54,759 bases of DNA, from positions 248,001-302,759 of the forward strand of contig JALDZX010000027.1 of assembly GCA_022813865.1 (NCBI GenBank), read 5' to 3'. The notes beneath the pieces are model-generated. The model did not search any database. It was not told where the DNA came from and saw only the letters and a list, made by a program, of their open reading frames with translations. Below, in pieces: positions 36,676-48,865 of the stretch. The translations under genes were made by a program, and so were the position numbers. This DNA is from Xylographa opegraphella (Eukaryota). Position 1 is the first letter of the stretch. Each line of letters starts with the position of its first letter.

Positions 36676-38775
36676 ACTAGGTTTTTGAGATTGTTGCGTG
36701 GTCGTCCGCATCTTCAACACCTTCCATATCAAGGAACCATTTCATTCAAACCCCTATCCAGTTTTGATCCTAAAGTACGACTCATATGCGTTCAAGGACT
36801 CAGGCCTTCCCTTCCATGAATATCTATTTCAAACCCGAGACTGCAAGATTGTTTCAGTGAGTGGGTCTTCCTAGTAGTGGTGTTTCGGCTCCAGTATCAA
36901 AATCGTGCTGCAAGTATTCTTATGCCTTGTCAACATTTTCGACCTCATGTTGTACTATTTCTTCTGCTGTCACAAGAGATCAGAACATTGTGATGATTGA
37001 AGACAGTCGCTGTCGCTGGGCCAATCAACTCCATACCGTTGTCAATTCGGAAATCCGAAAAGCTACACCGTTGAATGACAGAAAGCATTGTCTGGAGAAG
37101 GACCTGCATGAGCATCACCCTCGATGGGTCGGTTCCTTTCGAGATCTGCTCCATGTTTGTTCGGAACTGTAGGTCTCTACTTGACCATTTTTCAAGGACG
37201 ATACCTGCAAATCATCGCCAGCTCTTGGACTTCTTCCGTCTCATGAATCTCATCGTGCCGATAAGCATGCCATGGGGTTAGCTGCTCCGACCAAGAACCT
37301 TTCTGGGCTCAGAATCCATTCAGCAATTATGATTTGGGCCCATCAGACAGCTTTACCTCCTGGCGTTTGAAGACAGATCCTAAACGCTTGAGGTTATTGA
37401 CATGTGTCTTCATGTGCCTTCGAAGCTCGGCTGTCGCTTGGATCTTACCTTCAATCTCCAGGCAACCATTCGTCTACCCTAGCGTTCCAATACGGCATCG
37501 AGGCCAGAGATAGAGATTCAACAGGCACTCAAGCTTCGTGCAATGGGTGACTGGGCCAAAGTAGCATTTCGGCCGAACGTCCTTGTTCCCACAGCTTCGA
37601 GCGAACCTTTTCACCTGCTGCATTGTCAGGCCCATGTCCTCCGTTCATAGGAATAATCGACTCCTGTCTCGTCCACATATTCTAAGTCTTGGATGGAGTC
37701 TTGGTCTCGGTGGCTATCAGCCCAATCGCTCCCAGAGAGGCCGTTCCGAATGCTACAATACCTTCAACGCTGCAACCCTGTACGTAATACTTGCCCCGAA
37801 GGCAGTAGTATATGGTGAGCTACGGCACCAGGGAATCCTGCAGCGTTGAAAATGGGGGTCGAGTACATGGTTCCGGCATCCTGCTCTTCATGATAATGCT
37901 GCTGGATCAGTTCTATTCTTATATCTTCGCCCGTCAACCTAGAAGGTTGCATGGCACGACGGCCCGGGCAGCATTAGCCCAGTACATTGGTCCAGCGATA
38001 TTGGCCCAGCCATAGAGCAATACATCACGCATATCCCACTTTCTAGTGCAGGCGGTCCCCGTCGATAACGAAAGCATCTGCCACGACCCAAAAAATGCCC
38101 GATCTTCCGAACCACTGGCTCTCGTGGAACTTCTTCAAGGCCGACGTTTCTGTTCTATCTGCGGACCGCGGCTACCAAGGTCAGAAGCCCGTGGAAGCAA
38201 TTGAAGTCATTCGAAGCTCTGCAGAATAATATAGTGGTATTGTCCGGATCACAATCGGCCGAGACAACCCTAAACCTAATGTATTTCTGTCTACGCTAAA
38301 ATTCCTTAGTGCCGCCTACCATAAGGTAGTTGGTGCGATGCGTCGAAGTGTCTTGCATATTATTTTACTCTATGGGTGCATTGCTTCCACCACATACATC
38401 CCTCCCCTCCTTGAATTTGCGTATCTGGAAACAGTTTTCTAGTATCACCAACATTTGCTCAATCCTGTCAATACTATATAGCGCGTGCACTGAAGTATAC
38501 AAGGCGTCATACATCGCCAGGTTTGTATTGGAGGCTATGAATCCAGCTCGACGAAATACCACAAATGTCAGCGCCGATGTACTCCAGTTTTCGAACGTGC
38601 GCCATCCATGTCTTACCATACCATACCATCCCATAGACCGGATCCTTCTACCCGATTGCACTTGGTCAGGCTTTATTTCCAAGCAACGCCTGAACGTTGT
38701 CATCCATAATCCATTAGTCATTATACCTCCTAGTCCATATTCCCCATTGCTCCTTGAAAGTTCACAAGAATCGTG

Positions 38776-40948
38776 TCACTCTGCCTCCCTATCAACCGGC
38801 GAGATCGGACTAAAAACAGCCCCATTGCCAGGGTTGCCTCCACTAGACAAGCCCGGCATGAGATCCGCTGACTCCTGCCTCCGATATCCTAACCTGCCAA
38901 AAAGTCTCGGTGACGGAGCCACTCTGTTGAGCGGCGACGGGCCGTACGAGCGACTGACCGGCGAAACGCCTGAAGTACGCGCGACGGGAGAGACAGCGAG
39001 TTCATCGCTGTCCATCAAAGGCGTTGACGATAAGGAGGACGGTCCAGATAAATGTGCAGGCTCTGGAGAAGAGCCAAGTAGCTCCTGACGATCCACTGCC
39101 GGAAGCTCGACGGGAGCAAAGGACGAACCGTACATCTCGTGACGGACGTAAGTAGAGCCGGATGGAGATTGTTGATCGTCACCTTTGAGCTCTGAAATAG
39201 TCACAGTAGCTGGGTTGGCGGCGAAGGCGGGATGGACTCCTTTGTCAGTGAGAGAGGGAGGTCGAGTGAGTAGCTGAATGGATTCTGCATCCGATTTCAA
39301 TGGTTGTGATCCCGGGACCTCGTACCGTGGGCGTTCGCTGTCGTTGTCAAGCTCAACTTTGCGAGCAGTAGAACCCGCAAGTTTTCGTGATTTTTTTCGG
39401 CGAATAACGAAGAAAATTGCAACCACGCTGACAGCAGAAAGAACGCCGAGAGCGACTCCCACAGCTATGCCTATTGTGTTGCTACCGCTTCCGGCTGTTG
39501 TCGAGGCCGTGCCAGGTTGCGATGAGGGTGAAGTGGAGTTAGTGGGAGGTAAGATGGTGACAAGATTTGAGCCAAGATTCTCCGGCCATACGCATTGGGA
39601 AAGGGAGAAGTTGCGTCGTTCCCAGTCAACAATAAGATATCTGGAAGCGCGTCAGCCTTGAACGAACATTATGCACTCGAGGATCAGTCGTACGCTTCTT
39701 GCAGCAGAGTCCTTCCCAAAGTGATTTGTGTTTCGTTTGCTGCTCTTTGCAACGGGAAGTAAAGTGTATTATTGGGATACTTGGGCCAGCTCGCCTGAAG
39801 ATCGAAGGCCGCGTACGGAAGGATAATATCCACGGTCGCTCCACCACTAGCTCCATCACCAATCGTAAAAATTACGTTTGGGTTTCGAGATTGCAAAGTC
39901 GACTGCCAAGTACTATTTATTGGGTATAGTTTGTTCACAGGATCATAGACAAGCCCAAAGGCGGCTTCAAATGCTGCGCAAGCCGATTTTGGTAACCAGA
40001 TTTCTGCAATCGTAGAATCAACATAGGCCAGGATTCCTGAGCTGCTGTTCAGGAGATCACGAGTTTTTTGGCTGTCATCAACATATGTGATAGCCTGGAT
40101 CCCCACCACGAGATCACGGGAATCGTCCGGCGCAAACGTAAAGGATACATCGTTAGGCGAGAACCTGGCAGAATCGTAGCCACCCAGAGTAAGGCTACCG
40201 AGCACTGTTTTCAACCCTACAAGTCTGCGTTAGCACACAAGAATCTTCAAGAAGCCGCAAGCACTCACGATATTGGTTTCCAGCAGTATAGCCAAACGAG
40301 ATACTTGGAATGATCTTCTGTTCCTTGAGATTTGTCATGTAGCTCGTTTGCTCCGTAGTGAAGTTCGTGAAGTTTGTCGGTTTAGGGTTGACCCCAAACA
40401 TACCCAACCAAAATTGTTGCGCCGCTATACCGCCAATAATTTGGTTCTGGAGTGTAGGTCCTCCAGCTCCTGGAGCTGCCAGACTGAGAGTGTCGTTCCC
40501 GAACATTCCGGCCCCAATGATGTCAAGATTCTCCTCGACATAGAGTTCATAATCCCCTTGATCCTCCCAGCTGGAGGAACTGTTTGCGGCATAAATGCCG
40601 CCCCGTCCACTCGGGCATGTGGGGACGCTTGCAGGGCAACCTGCTGATATTATAACCCATGTTGCCGAGATCGCTGTGGAGACAAGGACTCGAAGAACTT
40701 GCGCAGGTGTGCCGACCTGGATGAAGAAGGACGACCACGGGCCATCATTGCCATCACTGTGACAGTCATCAGCGTCCGCGGACCATTCGCTATTGCATTA
40801 TAGCGCAAACTTACAACGCTTCTGTAGGAGGAACCGAAACCGCCGATGGAGGAGAGCCTCTCTCCTTCAATCCAACACCGCCAGACACACAGGAAGACCA
40901 CAAAAGATGTGCCTGCCACGCGGCTGTCAGAAACGCGGACGTCCGCAT
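38776..40948 (-). CDS. Pepsin-like (A1) aspartic protease homolog with TM helix and cytosolic tail; first catalytic Asp replaced; exons 40948-40815, 40756-40269, 40216-39694, 39640-38776
   Basis: Signal peptide; DGNDGPWSSF..QVGTPAQVLRVLVSTA, GSLTLGGYD, YVDST, LGRTLLQEAYLIVDWERRNFSLSQ; TM IAVGVALGVLSAVSVVAIFFVI followed by RRKK. Confidence 0.9.
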
Positions 40949-41638
40949 GCCGGGCAGTCCGGAAAAGAGGATTACAGTTAAAACAACGAGGAAGAAAAGA
41001 AGAAAAGAAGAAAATGAGTCTCAAGAATTGCTTCTCAGCCAAACATGGACTCTTATCGACTCATTAGAAACACAATGCGACGGACGGAAGCACAAGAAAT
41101 ATCATGGCTAGCCGGTGTCAGTCAGCCAGTAGTTCCACCACCATGGATAAATAAACGCATCCAATCCTCGGGTCCCCCTCCTCTGGCCCCGCGCCGCATG
41201 ATAGCTCGCGTCCTGGCCTCAGTGGGTATAGCCCGCACGTGGCAGAACCAGTAAGCATGTCATCCTCATCGTCCGATCAGCGCTATGTCGAGTTCCATAC
41301 TGGCTTCTACGTAAAGGAAGGAGTGGTTATTTTTGTCAATTGATAATGCATAACTTGTTCCGAGTTGTGCAAGTAGGATATTGATGAGGACTAGATACCC
41401 TGTCCAAACCCACTCTAAATATAGATTCTATTCTATTGAGATACAACTGCATGTTCCCTATCTTCTTGCCGCTGTTCGTAGGTCGTCATTCTATGCCGGT
41501 GTCAAAAGTACACTCGAGAGTCTCGAGACAGACACCCAAGCCAAAGCCCCTGCCTCCGCGAACCCTCCTGGAATGTAGTTGTCAGTTCATATAGTTGGCG
41601 CTCATCCATCTGTAGCCTCCAATGGCTGACCCGAAAAT

Positions 41639-42883
41639 CTAGTTGAATATCTTCCACACCCAGTAGTACGTCCTCACCAAGACTCCGACGAAGTAGGCAG
41701 CTATGACATTCATATCGTCGGTTATTGCGCGGGTTACAAAATTTTCGATGGATGTTCTCGGCGCTCCCGGAACGAAGAACTGGTCCTCCATGTTTCCTTT
41801 CGTCTGCAATTGCGTCTTCGTGGCCCTGACAAACATATCCTCTTCGAACATCTTGACCTGCTTGGTCAAGGCTTCCATGCCACCAACCTTGTTTGCGGCG
41901 ATGATAGCATCGGCCAATTTCATCGCGTCCTTCATCGCGAGATTGACTCCTTCGCCGGCAAACGGTGTCATGAGATGCGCTGCGTCACCAAGCAATGTGA
42001 CGCCCGGCCTGTTCTTCCACCGGTGACCTACTGGCAACATGTAGAGATTGCGTGCGATCATATCGTCCTCGTTCGCCACTTCGACAAGCTTCATGAGTTC
42101 GGGCGCCCAGTCAGAATACTCCTTGGCAATGGCTTGTTTCACAGCTTTGGGATCTTGTAAATCATATCCACAGGTCTTCTTCCAATCATGATCCCGCACA
42201 CTCCAGGCATAGACGATCAAACTTCGATCCCCCTTCTGCTGGCCCATGATGCTTTTCCCATCGGAGAACCCAAAGACTGAGCCCCGATTGATCATCTTGT
42301 GAAGTTCCGGGTATCGATCCTCAGCATTAGCAATAAACAGATCCATGCCGCCGATTCCTGAATAATATGGCTGTTCACTTGAAACCAGTGGCCGCACCTT
42401 GCTCCAGGCACCATCCGCCCCAATGATAAGGGCAAATCCCTTCTCCACTCCATGCTCGAAGTGAAGACACAAATCATCATCCACACTCTGTAACCGGGAA
42501 CGCCAGCGGATCATTCCTTTCGGCAAAGATTTCAGAAGCAACAATCGCAGCTGCATACGGTCAATCTCTGGTCGGCCTCGACTATCCTTCGCTGATGTAG
42601 TACCCTTGAGACTGATGTACTTCTTCATTTTCTTATCGCATACCACGAATGCCTCCCCATCAAACCGAGCATACTTGAGGAACTCATCGTATAGACCAGC
42701 CCTTCTTAATGCAGCGAGCCCTGTATCTGTATGCAGATCCAGAGTTCCGCCTTGGGCGCGTGTATTGACAGATGATTCGCCCTCGAAAACAGTGACTTCG
42801 ACATTGCTCTCTCGACGGAGAATGCCTGCAAGAGTACAGCCCGCAGGACCCGCACCTATGATCGCAACCTTGAGCGGAGACAT
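41639..42883 (-). CDS. FAD-dependent monooxygenase, TetX-like family, 414 aa, single exon
   Basis: VAIIGAGPAG, QGGTLDLH, RPEIDR, IIGADGAWSKVR, TLLGDAAHLMTPFAGEGVNLAMKDA. Confidence 0.92.
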   Translation of the reverse strand: MSPLKVAIIGAGPAGCTLAGILRRESNVEVTVFEGESSVNTRAQGGTLDLHTDTGLAALRRAGLYDEFLKYARFDGEAFVVCDKKMKKYISLKGTTSAKDSRGRPEIDRMQLRLLLLKSLPKGMIRWRSRLQSVDDDLCLHFEHGVEKGFALIIGADGAWSKVRPLVSSEQPYYSGIGGMDLFIANAEDRYPELHKMINRGSVFGFSDGKSIMGQQKGDRSLIVYAWSVRDHDWKKTCGYDLQDPKAVKQAIAKEYSDWAPELMKLVEVANEDDMIARNLYMLPVGHRWKNRPGVTLLGDAAHLMTPFAGEGVNLAMKDAMKLADAIIAANKVGGMEALTKQVKMFEEDMFVRATKTQLQTKGNMEDQFFVPGAPRTSIENFVTRAITDDMNVIAAYFVGVLVRTYYWVWKIFN

Positions 42884-43676
42884 TTGTAAACACAATTCAG
42901 ATGGACTAGATGAATATGAGTTTATATGACTTAAAAAACTGCACGCGGACAAATTCAAGATCTGTAGCTGCGAGAGAGGTCTACGCAGCTTCGATTATCG
43001 CGAAAACTCTCGAGATGTTCACGAACTATATAGCTCAACCGCTTGCAGAGGCGTAGGTGCTCGGGGGGAACTGAAGCTTTCCCACGCCGCACCTAAAAGG
43101 CGGTTCGACGCCGCACCTTCGACGCTGTAGGCTTCGCGAACTCTCTGCCAGTTTGAGACAACATTGTGACTTCCACCGGGGAATTCAACCCCCGATCGGA
43201 ACGCAACCTTGTTCCAGTAGTATGATCAGGTGTATTTCGTGGCGTTCGCAACCGCTCGGACGTCGGCCCTTAAGTAACAGCGGCTGGAGGGGACAGCGAA
43301 CCCGAGCGTCGACGATTCTGAGGCCAACACATACCGTTCGTCTGTGGCGCATAATCGCGTTACTTACCCAGACTATCATACTAGTACATCACTAACGTGC
43401 CAACATCGATGACTTTCGTAGAGGTGTACCTAAGGTAGGTATCTAGTGCTACAGGGGCTAGCTTCAGGTGACCTGAAATTGAAGCCGCAATAAAGACTCG
43501 TAGGTCTTGCGGACGCCCGTGTTCTAATAATAAGTGCTATATAATAGGTCGTTCCAACCCTCATCGATTTAGGTGCTAATAAGTCTATACGCAAGTATTA
43601 GCGCGGGTACAAAAGGTGCTTGTTAATGTCCACACAATTACCAACCGCAGTTTTCTTCCAACTCCACCCCCTACTC

Positions 43677-44835
43677 CTAATCACCATAATCCCCAACCCT
43701 CAAGCCCTCCTCATCAACCCGGAATTCAAAAGTCCCGCCCCCGTCCAAGGCTTCCAGCGCACCTTTCACACCCGTTTCCCATGTCTCACTTCCAGTTGCA
43801 TCAACCCACCCCCTGAACTTCTTCCTCTGCACCATCTTCCTCCTAACCGCCGCTTCCCGCGCCGCCTCCTCTGCACTGATAGCTGGCCCAAATTTGGGAG
43901 TTGTTTCCCGCATCACTAGCACCTTCAATGGACAGAAGGCGCGCCAGGCCGCCGGCAAATGCGGCCGTACCGATAGACCAAGCGCGCCGGGCAGCATCGG
44001 TGCGAAGGCTACGTTGCCCACTATAACGGTGCAGGAGAAGGTCGTCTGTATGCTACGGAGAGCAGATACGAGATCGCGGTAGCGCTGCACGAAGGTGTTA
44101 GTCCCGGGTGATTGGGGGGACTCGTCGGCGTCAAGCCGGTCTTGGTAGACGAACGCGCTGATGTTGCTGATTATTAATGTGGTAACTGCACGCGTAGCGG
44201 ATGAGTGCTTATGCGGTGAGAAGAGATAGGAAGGCAGTGCGACGAGGGTCGCGAGGAGTGCGGCGGATGACGACGGGCTAAAGACGTGTAGATGATGCAG
44301 GGAGGCGGTGACAAGGGCGTCCAATTCGGGGAGCGACAAGTCAGTGGAGGAAGGATGTGTGGTGATGTGGGTGAGGAGAGCGGAGCGGAGGCGTAAGATG
44401 CAGAAGCGCAAGTTGGTCTCGAGCCAGACTACAGTGCCGCCATTGCCACCATGGATACGGGAAAGCAGGGACGTCGCGGTAATGTGGTACAGCAGCTGCG
44501 TCTTTCCTGCGCAGGGGCTCGCCGAGCAGAGCTCGATAACTGGCGGTTTGGGCTTGCGGGCTGGGAGGTCGACGGAATGGGACGGGGGAGAGCCCCTTTG
44601 GTGGTGGATGTCTTGCTGGAGTGGAGGAGGGTTGGTGAAAATATCAAGAAGGCGGTCGAGCGCAGGGACGCCGAGTCTGTCTGTCGGAGCGGGATCATTG
44701 AGGCTTCTCAGTGAATGAAGGAGCTGGCTGGCTTTAGTTCTTCATTGGCAATGGGAGCTCCGGGCTTATACACACCTTGTCTAGTGTCTCTTCTTGCACC
44801 TCTGCCAGCAGTCTAGCGCCTAGAACATCTGCCAT
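43677..44835 (-). CDS. Rad51 paralog, XRCC2-like; exons 44835-44776, 44723-43677
   Basis: LGARLLAEV N-terminus, LGVPALDRLL, VIELCSASPCAGKTQLLY (Walker A), VVWLETNLRF, HVFSPSS, LIISNISAFVY (degenerate Walker B). Confidence 0.8.
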
Positions 44836-44901
44836 CTTGCACGAGTCATTGTTCCCCTAGGTATCGTTCATGTTCGACGCTGCTCAACAAGGAGAGACAT
44901 C

Positions 44902-45240
44902 ATGACCCCGCCCATAGAATCATTCCCAGCGTCAGAGTTGTATTACAGAGTCCAATCGACTGTGCAGGGCAGGCGGAGGAAAACCGAGGTGGATCTAGTG
45001 AACTGCCAGCTGCGGGAGTTAATTCAATATGCTTGTCGTCCAGAGGAGTCTGAGAATTCCGAGCAGCCCGTCATCTACTGTAGGCAGATCGTGAGGTTAT
45101 TTCGGCAGTAAGTTCTTGAAGTCGGACAAGCATTGCCACTTTCATTTGCTGACGGAACCAGCTGTGAGAATGGACCGGTCGTGGAAACCACTGCTTTAGA
45201 AGGGACGAAGAAAGAGAGAGGCATTCTCCGATTAGGTTGA
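44902..45240 (+). CDS. SOM1: Mitochondrial inner membrane peptidase subunit Som1; exons 44902-45107, 45162-45240
   Basis: MTPP, CQLRELIQYAC, CRQIVRLFRHC, VETTA family motifs; intron GTAAGT...GCTGAC...CAG. Confidence 0.8.
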
Positions 45241-45487
45241 AAGCAATTCGGCGCTTACTATTCTGAAGGCATTGTGTCGGTTCCTCTGGCCTACAGGAAA
45301 TATCTGCATGTCGGTCAAGGCAACTATGTAATAAGCGGACTCTACGATTATGGAGGAGTTGTGTAACGCGAAATGTTGATATATTTCAATTACTTCCAGG
45401 GGTATCTGCAAACAGACAAGACTCCAAGCAATGCATATACCCATGCCCTATCTGTTTCCGACTCCGCTCCGCTCGCGCCAAACCGAA

Positions 45488-46546
45488 TTACTGCATCAAC
45501 TCGTCGATATTGGCAGAGGAATCCGGAGGTCGTTTTGGCCGCCCTTTCCGCCAGTACAGTCGATCTGAATTCACAGCAGAAATCAGGAAGCCAGCTCTGG
45601 GTCTGGACTCCCACTTGGGGATGTTTGTGTCCATCTCGAAGTGCTCTCCGTGGGTTTTCTCTGCTGCCATATCTTCGCCTTCCATTTTCCTTACTGCATC
45701 CATGGTCTCCCGCCATAAGGCCTGCCTTTGATCTCGAATTGTTCGCTTCTGATCCTGCCTCCTCGTCTCCTCTAGCGAATTATGTTTCTCCTGGAGGCTG
45801 ACTAGCTTCCGGAGCGCCTCTTCCCCCAAACGCCCTTCTTCTGTTGCCCGCTCGCGAACCCTTCTCGGGTCCGTTTCTCTCACTGCGAAGACCTCTTCGA
45901 ATTTGTATGTGTGCTTACTCGGAAGGATGGGAAAATGGGGTGGTATATAAGAAGTTGTAACTTTGTTTAAAGAACCGAGAAACAATTTCCCTACCAATCG
46001 ATCATTCTTCTCATTGTCGGCTTCTTGATTTAACTCAGAAGCTAGCTGTATTTCAGGCTTCCATGGCGGAACCGGAGGGCTGAGATGAGGTACTAATGAG
46101 AGTAGGGTGAGCTGATGTGCATGTAGGGCGTAAAGAAAGTCCTGTGGGATTGCCTGTAGACGTCGGGAAGATAGCATAGACTGCCTAACACTGACAAGGA
46201 AATGAACCATGTCTGAGCCATGTCAGTGTATGAACTGCGTCTAGATCAGATTTCGAGGAAGCTCACATTCTTCCACCTCAGCTCTGAAACTTTCTACAGC
46301 AACAGAATTTGCTTCGTGGAAACCTACAGCCTCCAGAACCCGAATTATTGAGCTTGAAAGCAAAGACTGGATCACTTCATTGTCCTGACAAATACCCAGT
46401 TGCCAACCTGTAGTGTCCGGCCGATAAGAGAGAGAGTGATGGCGAATGGACGTCAGACAGCTTTTACTGGGAGCCGGCGCATCGAATCCAGCGTCGATAG
46501 ATGTGCGCTTGAGAAATTGCGATTCATTGAGAGTAATTGACGCCAT
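45488..46546 (-). CDS. TAF8: TFIID subunit 8 (histone-fold and TAF8_C domains); exons 46546-46267, 46212-45488
   Basis: LEAVGF...AVESFRAEVEEYMVHFL...MLSSRR...PQDF; YIPPHFPILPSKHTY; RERATEEGRLGEEALRKL. Confidence 0.88.
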
Positions 46547-46915
46547 ATGTAGGTATCGAGCTGAGATAGTGACAGTAGTGTACCAGCACAGTTCCCATCA
46601 TCTTCGCATGGCAGTGGGACAGTGAAGATTGGCAACCGGGGATGAACGCGACTTCGTAGGCTGCTCGGGTGCTCAAAACGAAATGTGATCTGATTGGCTG
46701 AGCGGGCTGGGTTGAACAGGATGACTCAGGAACATCCGACAAATGGAATATCCGATCACCAACATTTGATTTGTTTCCTATGCTTGAAAATTTCTGGAAT
46801 CGATTCCCATATAGTTTCTGTGTCCGTATTTGGTGACTAGAAAGAGGTTTCCCTTAAGTTCTACACCCATAAAACTATAACATTCACTGGCAATCTATAA
46901 GATTCTGCTGTCACT

Positions 46916-48138
46916 ATGACGGAAATCGTGAGCTGAACACCCCCTCATCCATCACAATGAATATGAATCTTTGTCTTAGCCCAATAATTCACACTAAAAG
47001 TTTAATAACTTCGTTCTAATCCAAGCTCACCTAGGAGTCCAGCTTGCCTGAGCGCAAATCTCGAAAATCGGTTGCGTTCAGTGACGGAATGACAATTGTC
47101 GACTCGAACGGAGATATCACAGAGATGAACGGAACCTCAGACAGGACGACGGCAGAGAGTCACTCGACATGTAGGCCATAAGAACGAGCCCATATATATG
47201 CCACTGTCGCAACACAGCACTGACTGGATACTTATAGCCCCTTCAGCAGAGGCAACTACAGCGGACGCAACCACAGTGGATAAAGATGTAGACGAGGTAA
47301 CGGATCTGTTTAAGGGCCTAGCCAAAAAGAAAAAGTCAAAGAAACCGAAAGAGGGAGAGGCAGCAGATGGTGGTGATGATACTACACCTGCAGCCGATGG
47401 TGAATTCGACCCTTCAGCACTCAAGAAAAAGAAGAAGAAGAAGACCACCAAAACAGCCGATGTGGATGACTTCGACGCAAAGCTGGCTGAAGCTGGTGTT
47501 GGAGAAACTGATGCAGGAGGTACCAACGGCGTTGTAGCTGCCCCCGACTCTCAGGAAGGCGACCTGGAGAAGGGCACTGGTATTTGGCAGCACGACGCTA
47601 CTCAACCGATCAGTTATCCACTACTTCTTTCACGGTTTTTTACACTCCTTCACAGTCATCATCCTGATTTGGTATCAGGAGGTTCGAAGAGTTACAAGAT
47701 TCCTCCTCCACAGTGTCTACGGGAAGGCAACAAGAAGACCATATTCGCCAATATCGCTGAAATATGTAAGAGAATGAAACGTACAGACGAGCATGTGATG
47801 CAGTTCCTGTTTGCGGAACTGGGAACGAACGGAAGTGTCGACGGCTCGCGACGATTAGTTATCAAGGGTCGATTCCAGCAGAAACAGATTGAGAACGTCC
47901 TCCGGAGATATATCGGTAAGTCGAAAATAATATGATTTGAGACGTTGAAGACTAACGAATGATCTCAGTGGAATATGTCACTTGCAAGACTTGCCGTTCT
48001 CCAGATACAGAACTCAACAAGGGTGAAAACCGACTGTATTTCGTGACCTGTAATTCTTGCGGCAGTCGACGAAGTGTCACGGCTATCAAGACAGGTTTCA
48101 CAGCTCAAGTTGGGAAGCGGAAGAGGCAGCAGGGCTAA
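46916..48138 (+). CDS. SUI3: Translation initiation factor eIF2 beta subunit; exons 46916-46927, 47035-47170, 47238-47915, 47969-48138
   Basis: Poly-Lys boxes, [24 protein letters not shown]2-C2 zinc finger CKTC...CNSC. Confidence 0.96.
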
Positions 48139-48865
48139 AACTTTTATCATTACTAGACTTCTCCATTCTGGCAAGCTGCAGGGCAACCTGTTTGGATTCA
48201 TTCTGCACTCTTGCTACTGCTAACCAGCTATCACGCAAGTGAAAGTGGCTGTTGGAGGGCTGATATTGCTGGAGAACTTCTTATGTGAGTTGAAGTCCCG
48301 GATTGTACCATCTGAAATTCGATCATATCATCGGTCTAGATGGTGGTAGTTTGTACGTTAGGCCTTGAGTGTTTCGGGAAAGGCATGAATAAATGTAGCT
48401 ATCGCTGAAACAGAACCATGGCTTACTCGACTTTGATACAAGATTGACAAGAGGTGGCAGATTCGCAGCATAACCTACTATGATCGCAACCAAGCTACTG
48501 AATATATCCTTGGATAGTTCCAGCATGTGCTCCGCAATAGTTTCTGCATTCGTAGTATTACTGTAGAGAGCAAGTCGGCCAACGAGGCTCTTGGTCAGGA
48601 AAGCCCCCCCTTTTGACCTAGAACTGTAGCCGCCCACTTTGCAGCCAGTCAAAGCTCTTCCTTTGCGGCGCGAACTTGGCTGGCCGTGTGAGCGGCTCGC
48701 TATATATAGGTAGGTGCTTCTTGCATTGTCAATATGCTCTCTACCACTTCTGGGCCACTTTCATGCTGCCCTGAGGTCTATATGATCTGTGGTGTGTCCT
48801 GCGATCTCCTTCCCAACGACTTTTCCTTGAGTCGGTCGTAGAGACCTCAACGCGAGCTGTCTATC

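Noticed and set aside
36861..38230. Short ORFs between the tRNA-like element and the protease gene
   Set aside because: Multiple stops and no recognisable motifs; possible gene relics but unsupported
38330..39088. 252-aa plus-strand ORF
   Set aside because: Overlaps the protease homolog's last exon and 3' region in antisense; no ATG start and no motifs
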